64,000 bases of DNA. It comes from an uncultured Marinoscillum sp. GTDB taxonomy: Bacteria > Bacteroidota > Bacteroidia > Cytophagales > MED-G16. The translations under genes and the position numbers were made by a program. Under the pieces are notes generated by a model. It saw nothing but the letters and a program-made list of their open reading frames with translations. It was not told the origin of the DNA and made no database searches. The stretch spans positions 15,373 through 79,372 of the forward strand of contig CACPHX010000003.1 in assembly GCA_902633975.1 (NCBI GenBank), read 5' to 3'. Each line of letters opens with the position of its first letter. The stretch's first letter is position 1. Below, piece by piece: positions 58,816 to 64,000 of the stretch.

Positions 58816-59994
58816 TTGTGTAAAATATTGTTATCAGCAATTTTAATATTAAGCCCTTTCAATTTCAAAGGTTCAAGTTTTGATACTATCAGTATTTTAA
58901 AAAATATTGATATACAAATTGAATCAACATCATCAATTAATAAGATGTATAATTTTAAATTTGATGATGCAGAGAAAGAATTTTTTTGGCTCATGCAAGA
59001 ATATAAAGATCACCCTCTTCCCTCCTTTCTTTTAGGCTTGAGTATGTGGTGGAAAATTGATGCTAATTCTGGAAAAATTAATGCAATATCTAAAGAACTT
59101 GATAATAAATTTTTAATACAAATGGATGTAACAATTGATAGAGCACAGAAAATCTATAAAAGAGGGAGTAAGATTGATGGGGCATTTTTTTTAGCTGCCT
59201 CTTATGCTTTTAAAGGAAGACTTTTAGCAGAAAGAAAAAAGTGGACTCAATCAGCACTATCAGGTAGAAATGCATTAAAATATTTAAAAGAAATTAAAAA
59301 AAATGATATAATGATTCCCGAAATTGATTTTGGAAATGGTCTTTTTAATTATTATTCTGTATGGATACCAGAAAGATATCCCTTACTTAAACCAATAGTG
59401 AAACTGTTTCCTGAGGGAAATAAATTAGTTGGTATTGAACAATTAGAGAATGCTTCTAGAAATTCTTTCTATACTCGAACTGAATCTCAGTTTTTCTTGA
59501 TGAAAATTTATTTATCAGAAAAAAAACTATCTAAAGCTCTTCAATTATCAAAATATTTACATGAATTATATCCATTAAATTCAATTTTTCATAGATATAA
59601 TACTCAACTATTATATCAAAATGGAAGATTTATGCAAGCTTATAACAAAGCAAATAAAATATTGGAAAATTTTAAATCTAATATTTATGGTTATAATCAT
59701 GATGAAGCTAGAGTCTCTCATTTTTTTGTTGGTGAGTACTATTACTCTATTTTTGAATTTGAGAAAGCAATATTTAACTATACCAAAGCGATAGAGTATG
59801 CAAAGATATTGGGAAAAGAGAAAATGGGATATAATATTTATTCTAATTACTATCTAGGAAAAATTTTTTATGATAGAAGTGAATTTGATAAATCTAAAAA
59901 GTATTTTAATAGTGTTATAAAATTAACAAATAGAAAAAACGAATTAAATAAAAGAGCAAAATTAAATCTTAAGAAAATCAAAGAAAATTCTTAA
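58816..59994 (+). CDS. Hypothetical exported TPR-like protein
   Basis: TTG start. Signal-like ILLSAILILSPF. Helical-repeat C-terminal part (YYYSIFEFEKAIFNYTKAIEY). Confidence 0.5.
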   Translation: MCKILLSAILILSPFNFKGSSFDTISILKNIDIQIESTSSINKMYNFKFDDAEKEFFWLMQEYKDHPLPSFLLGLSMWWKIDANSGKINAISKELDNKFLIQMDVTIDRAQKIYKRGSKIDGAFFLAASYAFKGRLLAERKKWTQSALSGRNALKYLKEIKKNDIMIPEIDFGNGLFNYYSVWIPERYPLLKPIVKLFPEGNKLVGIEQLENASRNSFYTRTESQFFLMKIYLSEKKLSKALQLSKYLHELYPLNSIFHRYNTQLLYQNGRFMQAYNKANKILENFKSNIYGYNHDEARVSHFFVGEYYYSIFEFEKAIFNYTKAIEYAKILGKEKMGYNIYSNYYLGKIFYDRSEFDKSKKYFNSVIKLTNRKNELNKRAKLNLKKIKENS

Positions 59995-60064
59995 ATCAAT
60001 TTGAAAATTTCTAAAAAACAAAACATTCTTCAAAATATAGTCGTTTCACAAAATAAAATTCTTT

Positions 60065-60523
60065 ATGAAAATTGATGCAATAGATAAGAAAATTTTAAAT
60101 ACTCTTCAAAAAAGTGCAAAAATCACAAATGCCAAGTTATCTAAAGAGATTGGATTATCTCCTGCTCCAACATTAGAAAGGGTAAGAAAATTAGAAACTA
60201 GAGGTATTATTAGTGGCTACCACGCCAAATTAGACAAATCTAAAATTGGTTTAAATGTGAGCACTTATGTTATGGTATCGCTGAAAAGCCATAACAAAAA
60301 AAATCTAGAATTATTTATTGATCAAATAAAGAATGTAGATAATATTATTGAATGTCATCACATTACAGGTTCTGGAGATTTTATATTGAAAGTAGTTGCA
60401 AAAGATATTGAATCTTATCAAAAATTAATGCTTGAGAAGGTTAGTGAAATTGAATCTACTGATAGTCTACAATCTATGATTATACTTTCTACATTTAAAG
60501 ATAATAAAGTAATGCCCCTATAA
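60065..60523 (+). CDS. Lrp/AsnC family transcriptional regulator
   Basis: IDKKILNTLQKSAKITNAKLSKEIGLSPAPTLERVRKLE HTH region plus a RAM domain. Confidence 0.9.
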   Translation: MKIDAIDKKILNTLQKSAKITNAKLSKEIGLSPAPTLERVRKLETRGIISGYHAKLDKSKIGLNVSTYVMVSLKSHNKKNLELFIDQIKNVDNIIECHHITGSGDFILKVVAKDIESYQKLMLEKVSEIESTDSLQSMIILSTFKDNKVMPL

Positions 60524-60527
60524 TCTA

Positions 60528-61022
60528 ATGAAAAATATAATTTTATATTCGGAGGATATTGAAAATAAGATAAGAAGAATTTCTTTTGAAATAATTGAAA
60601 AAAATTTTGATAAGGAGATAATCTTCATTGTTGGATTACTCCCTAACGGTAAATATATTTCAAAAAAGATTTCTGAATATATAATGAAAAATTCAAATTT
60701 AAGTGTAGAAAATTTACATTTTAGTTATGATAAAAACAAAAGCGAGTTCTTTTGTGAGGAATCAGATTTTAATTTCGATAGTTTTAAAAACGAAACTGTA
60801 ATTATTCTGGATGATGTTATGAATTCAGGTAATACAATAATATATGCAATAAACACTATCCTCAACTACTCTCCAAAACATATTCAAGTTGGAGTTTTAA
60901 TTGAGAGAAATTACAAAAATTTCCCAATTACACCTGATTTCAAAGGTCTGGAGCTTAGTACTTCACCCGAGGAGCATGTTCAGGTCAAACTTGGAAGTTC
61001 ACCTAAGGTTTTGATAATATGA
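60528..61022 (+). CDS. PyrR-like phosphoribosyltransferase family protein
   Basis: PRPP-binding loop VIILDDVMNSGNT. PyrR-like C-terminus NFPITPDFKGLELSTSPEEHVQVKL. Confidence 0.7.
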   Translation: MKNIILYSEDIENKIRRISFEIIEKNFDKEIIFIVGLLPNGKYISKKISEYIMKNSNLSVENLHFSYDKNKSEFFCEESDFNFDSFKNETVIILDDVMNSGNTIIYAINTILNYSPKHIQVGVLIERNYKNFPITPDFKGLELSTSPEEHVQVKLGSSPKVLII

Positions 61023-61438
61023 TATACATCACAAGAAAAGAACACTTTAATGCCGCACATAAATTATATAATCCTGATTGGTCTAAAGAGAAAAATAAAA
61101 ATGTATTTGGTGTCTGTTCTAATGAGAATTGGCATGGACACAACTATGAGATTTTGGTAACTGTAAAAGGTAAAGTTGATAAAGAATCTGGTATGATAGT
61201 TAACCTAAAGTTTTTATCAGATATAATTAAGGAAGAAATTCTTGACAAAGTCGATCATAAAAATTTAAATATTGATGTACCATTCTTGAAAGGTATAATT
61301 ACAACAACTGAGAATGTTGCCATTAAGTTTTGGGAAGTTTTAGAAAAGAGACTCAAACAAGATAATATCTGTAAATTACATAGGATTCGTCTATATGAGA
61401 CACCTAGAAATTTTATAGATTATTATGGCGAGAAATAA
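61019..61438 (+). CDS. queD: 6-carboxy-5,6,7,8-tetrahydropterin synthase
   Basis: FNAAHKL, WHGHNY and DHKNLN motifs. 139 aa. Confidence 0.85.
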   Translation: MIYITRKEHFNAAHKLYNPDWSKEKNKNVFGVCSNENWHGHNYEILVTVKGKVDKESGMIVNLKFLSDIIKEEILDKVDHKNLNIDVPFLKGIITTTENVAIKFWEVLEKRLKQDNICKLHRIRLYETPRNFIDYYGEK

Positions 61439-62516
61439 TTCAGATTTATTTATTATTTGTGGTGAGAGGTCAGGAGATTTGCATGGTTCTGAGTTAGTTA
61501 AAGAGCTTTTTAAAATAAATCCAAATCTAAAAATTCATTGTTGGGGAGGTGACTTATTAAAAAGTGCAGGTGCTATTTTGCTTGAGGATTACAAATCTTA
61601 TTCTGTAATGGGATTTTATGAGGTATTAAAGAGATTATATTTTCTATATAAAAAAATTGAAAAATGTAAAATTGACATACTGAAACTAAATCCAAAAAGA
61701 GTTCTTCTTATTGATTTTCCTGGTTTTAATTTAAAAATTACAAAATTCTGTAAAAAAAATAATATTAAGGTTGATTATTATATTCCTCCAAAAACTTGGG
61801 CTTGGAATTCTAAGAGAAATATTGTTCTAAAAAAAAACATAAATAGCATCTATTCTATTCTTCCATTTGAAAAAAATTATTTCATGGGTGAAGGTATAGA
61901 TATAAAATATATTGGTAATCCATTAGTTCATAGAATAAAAAAAAATAAACTAAAAAAAACAGATAATTATATTGCTCTTTTTCCAGGAAGTAGAGAAACT
62001 GAGATTAAATATTCACTACCTATTCTAATCCAGTTAGTAAAAAATATTAATGATGAGAAGTTTTTAGTTTTTGGTGTGTCAAACATTTCCTCATTATTGT
62101 ATGAGGGAATTTTAAAGTATGATCACGTGGAGATAGTATATGATGATACTTACGGATCGTTAGATAAATGTGAATCTGCTGTAGTTATGTCAGGAACTGC
62201 CAGTCTCGAAGTTGCTTTAACCAATACTCCTCATGTTGTTGTCTTTAAAGCTTCTTATGCATCTTATTTAATTGCAAGGCTTCTCGTGAAGTTAAAATAT
62301 ATTTCGTTAGTTAATTTAATTTTGGATAAGGAAATAGTAAAAGAGTTGATTCAGGATAAATTCAATATTAATAATCTAATAAATGAATTGAAATCACTTA
62401 AAAAGAATCAAATAAGGAAGACAATGAGAAAAAATTTTTATGTATTGAGAAGAAAAATTGGTGATAATAATTCTTCTAAAAAATTAGCAAACATTATATA
62501 TGAGAAAATATTATGA
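61425..62516 (+). CDS. lpxB: Lipid-A-disaccharide synthase
   Basis: CGERSGDLHGSELV, IDFPGFNL, YYIPPKTWAW and SGTASLE. Confidence 0.85.
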   Translation: MARNNSDLFIICGERSGDLHGSELVKELFKINPNLKIHCWGGDLLKSAGAILLEDYKSYSVMGFYEVLKRLYFLYKKIEKCKIDILKLNPKRVLLIDFPGFNLKITKFCKKNNIKVDYYIPPKTWAWNSKRNIVLKKNINSIYSILPFEKNYFMGEGIDIKYIGNPLVHRIKKNKLKKTDNYIALFPGSRETEIKYSLPILIQLVKNINDEKFLVFGVSNISSLLYEGILKYDHVEIVYDDTYGSLDKCESAVVMSGTASLEVALTNTPHVVVFKASYASYLIARLLVKLKYISLVNLILDKEIVKELIQDKFNINNLINELKSLKKNQIRKTMRKNFYVLRRKIGDNNSSKKLANIIYEKIL

Positions 62517-63179
62517 TTTTTTTGTTAATACTTCGTCAATGATACCATATTCTTTGGCTTCCTCAGATCTCATCCACTTATCTCTGTCGGAATCTTTCTC
62601 AATTTGACTGTATGATTTTCCGGTGTGTTCAGAAAGAATATTATATAGATCTTTTCTTAGTTCCTGCATTTGTTTGAGAGTGATTTCCATGTCAGTAGAT
62701 TGTCCCTGCATTCCGCCAGAAGGTTGATGAATCATAACCCTTGAATGTTTTAAAGCTGATCTTTTACCCTTTGCTCCTCCAGATAACAAAACAGCACCCA
62801 TTGATGCAGCCATCCCTGTACAAATTGTTGCAACATCGGGCGATATATACTGCATTGTATCATAGATACCTAGTCCTGCATATACTGAACCACCTGGACT
62901 ATTGATATAAAGTAATACATCTTTTTTTGAGTCAACCGACTCAAGGAATAGCAGTTGTGCTGTGATTATATTAGATATATTTTCCTCAATTCCCATGCCT
63001 AGGAATATAATTCTATCCATTATAAGCCTAGAAAATACGTCAATCTCTCTAAAATTTGTAGGTCTCTCCTCAATTACAGCTCTTGTCATGCTTTCAACCC
63101 TTTCTGCATACTTGTCAAAGGTAAGGCCATTTATATTTTTTTCATTTACTAAAAATTTTCTTAATTCCTTTTTGTTCAT
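62511..63179 (-). CDS. clpP: ATP-dependent Clp protease proteolytic subunit
   Basis: INSPGGSVYAGLGIYDTM, catalytic GMAASMGAVLL and MIHQP. Confidence 0.95.
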   Translation of the reverse strand: MNKKELRKFLVNEKNINGLTFDKYAERVESMTRAVIEERPTNFREIDVFSRLIMDRIIFLGMGIEENISNIITAQLLFLESVDSKKDVLLYINSPGGSVYAGLGIYDTMQYISPDVATICTGMAASMGAVLLSGGAKGKRSALKHSRVMIHQPSGGMQGQSTDMEITLKQMQELRKDLYNILSEHTGKSYSQIEKDSDRDKWMRSEEAKEYGIIDEVLTKKS

Positions 63180-63181
63180 AA

Positions 63182-64000
63182 TTACAATTTACTAGCTAAC
63201 GTTTTAAATTTATCAAATGTTATAGACTTTTTAGTAATAGTTGATTTTTCTTTAATTTTATTAAATACTTTATTTGACTTAACTTGATTAAAGATTTTTA
63301 AATAATTTTCACCTTTATTGTGTTTAAGATAATTATCTACAAACTTATTAATATCTTTCCCAACATTTTGCATACCAGATGACATAAGCTGTTGCTCTAT
63401 TTGACTTTTTGCAACCTGTTCAATTTCTTCATTTTCTACTGAAATTTTATACTTCTCAACAATATCATCAACTATGTATGACCATTTAATTTGTTTGCAA
63501 TAATCTTCAAACTGTTCATTTATTATTTTTTTTGATGTTTCTTCATCATTATTTTTTTTCACCCAGTCCTCTACATAACTATTTGGCATATCAATTTTAT
63601 TTTTTGATAATAATTCATTTTCAATAATTCTATTAAGATAGATTTCAGTTTCTCTCATGTAATTAAACTCAATAGACTTTTTAATTTCTGCATTGAAATC
63701 TTTTTTGTTTTTTACTTTTCCAGGACCAAAAATTTTATCAAAAAATGTAGTATTTAATTTAGCTGGTGTTCTTTCAATTATATTTTCAATTTGAAGTGCT
63801 ACGTTAGATGGTATATCTTCTATTTTTATTGAGTCACCTAATATCTGAGAAACAGTTCTCTCATCATTTTTTGACAGTTTTTTAAGATCAATATTTATAC
63901 TGTCATTTAGTTTTTTACCTATTAATTTTTTTGATTCTTTTTTTTCTAACATTTTAATATCCAATAACCCTTTATGCTCTTTATCTTTGTATGATATTTT
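63182..64000 (-). CDS. tig: Trigger factor, C-terminal part (5' end lies beyond the window)
   Basis: The frame stays open from 63964 to the window edge (KISYKDKEHKGLL...). Position immediately upstream of clpP. Charged helical C-terminal domain. Confidence 0.7.
   Translation of the reverse strand, partial: KISYKDKEHKGLLDIKMLEKKESKKLIGKKLNDSINIDLKKLSKNDERTVSQILGDSIKIEDIPSNVALQIENIIERTPAKLNTTFFDKIFGPGKVKNKKDFNAEIKKSIEFNYMRETEIYLNRIIENELLSKNKIDMPNSYVEDWVKKNNDEETSKKIINEQFEDYCKQIKWSYIVDDIVEKYKISVENEEIEQVAKSQIEQQLMSSGMQNVGKDINKFVDNYLKHNKGENYLKIFNQVKSNKVFNKIKEKSTITKKSITFDKFKTLASKL

Noticed and set aside
1-64000. A search by eye for CRISPR arrays, IS elements or transposases, integrases, phage modules, toxin-antitoxin pairs, known defence-system signatures (helicase/nuclease/ATPase combinations) and rRNA.
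   Set aside because: No spaced direct repeats, terminal inverted repeats or matching protein motifs were seen. Coding density leaves no unexplained spacer longer than about 125 nt. A computational repeat search and a defence-system HMM scan would be needed to exclude them formally.

Overview
This is a strongly AT-rich, very gene-dense chromosomal segment: about 60 CDS, and every intergenic spacer is under roughly 130 nt. It looks like a streamlined marine Flavobacteriia (Bacteroidota) genome. Supporting marks are a T9SS C-terminal sorting domain, a TonB-dependent receptor with a CarboxypepD_reg-type N-terminus, a DUF2723 GT-C membrane protein, DUF6090-like proteins and TAnnTTTG promoter-like boxes.

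Content falls into three groups:
- Housekeeping genes: uvrB, aspS, tadA, Fe/Mn SOD, icd, leuA-C-D-B, aroE, queD, lpxB, clpP, and tig (cut by the right edge).
- Two tRNAs: a 3' fragment at the left edge and tRNA-Arg(CCT) at 37466-37537.
- A high density of exported peptidases and amidohydrolases (M24, S10, S9, S58/DmpA, M20, two amidohydrolases), together with Na+/solute symporters and Tat-exported oxidoreductases.

I saw no CRISPR array, transposase, integrase, phage genes or rRNA.

The candidates most worth follow-up are:
1. A tight six-gene minus-strand operon (12095-22128). It couples an exported DmpA/BapA-type aminopeptidase to a symporter, an omega-transaminase and a methylmalonate/malonate-semialdehyde dehydrogenase.
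2. A minus-strand string (27510-36247) in which a Tat-exported, lipobox-bearing bc1/b6f-type Rieske protein sits between a CBM9/DOMON-like outer-membrane barrel and a TonB-dependent receptor.
3. tRNA-Arg, which abuts the start codon of a protein gene with a 2-nt spacer.
4. A T9SS sorting domain with essentially no cargo.
5. An A8 homopolymer frameshift in an FGE-family gene.
6. The fact that all 11 convergent gene junctions overlap or nearly abut.

All family assignments come from motif recognition by eye. No HMM or BLAST search was possible.
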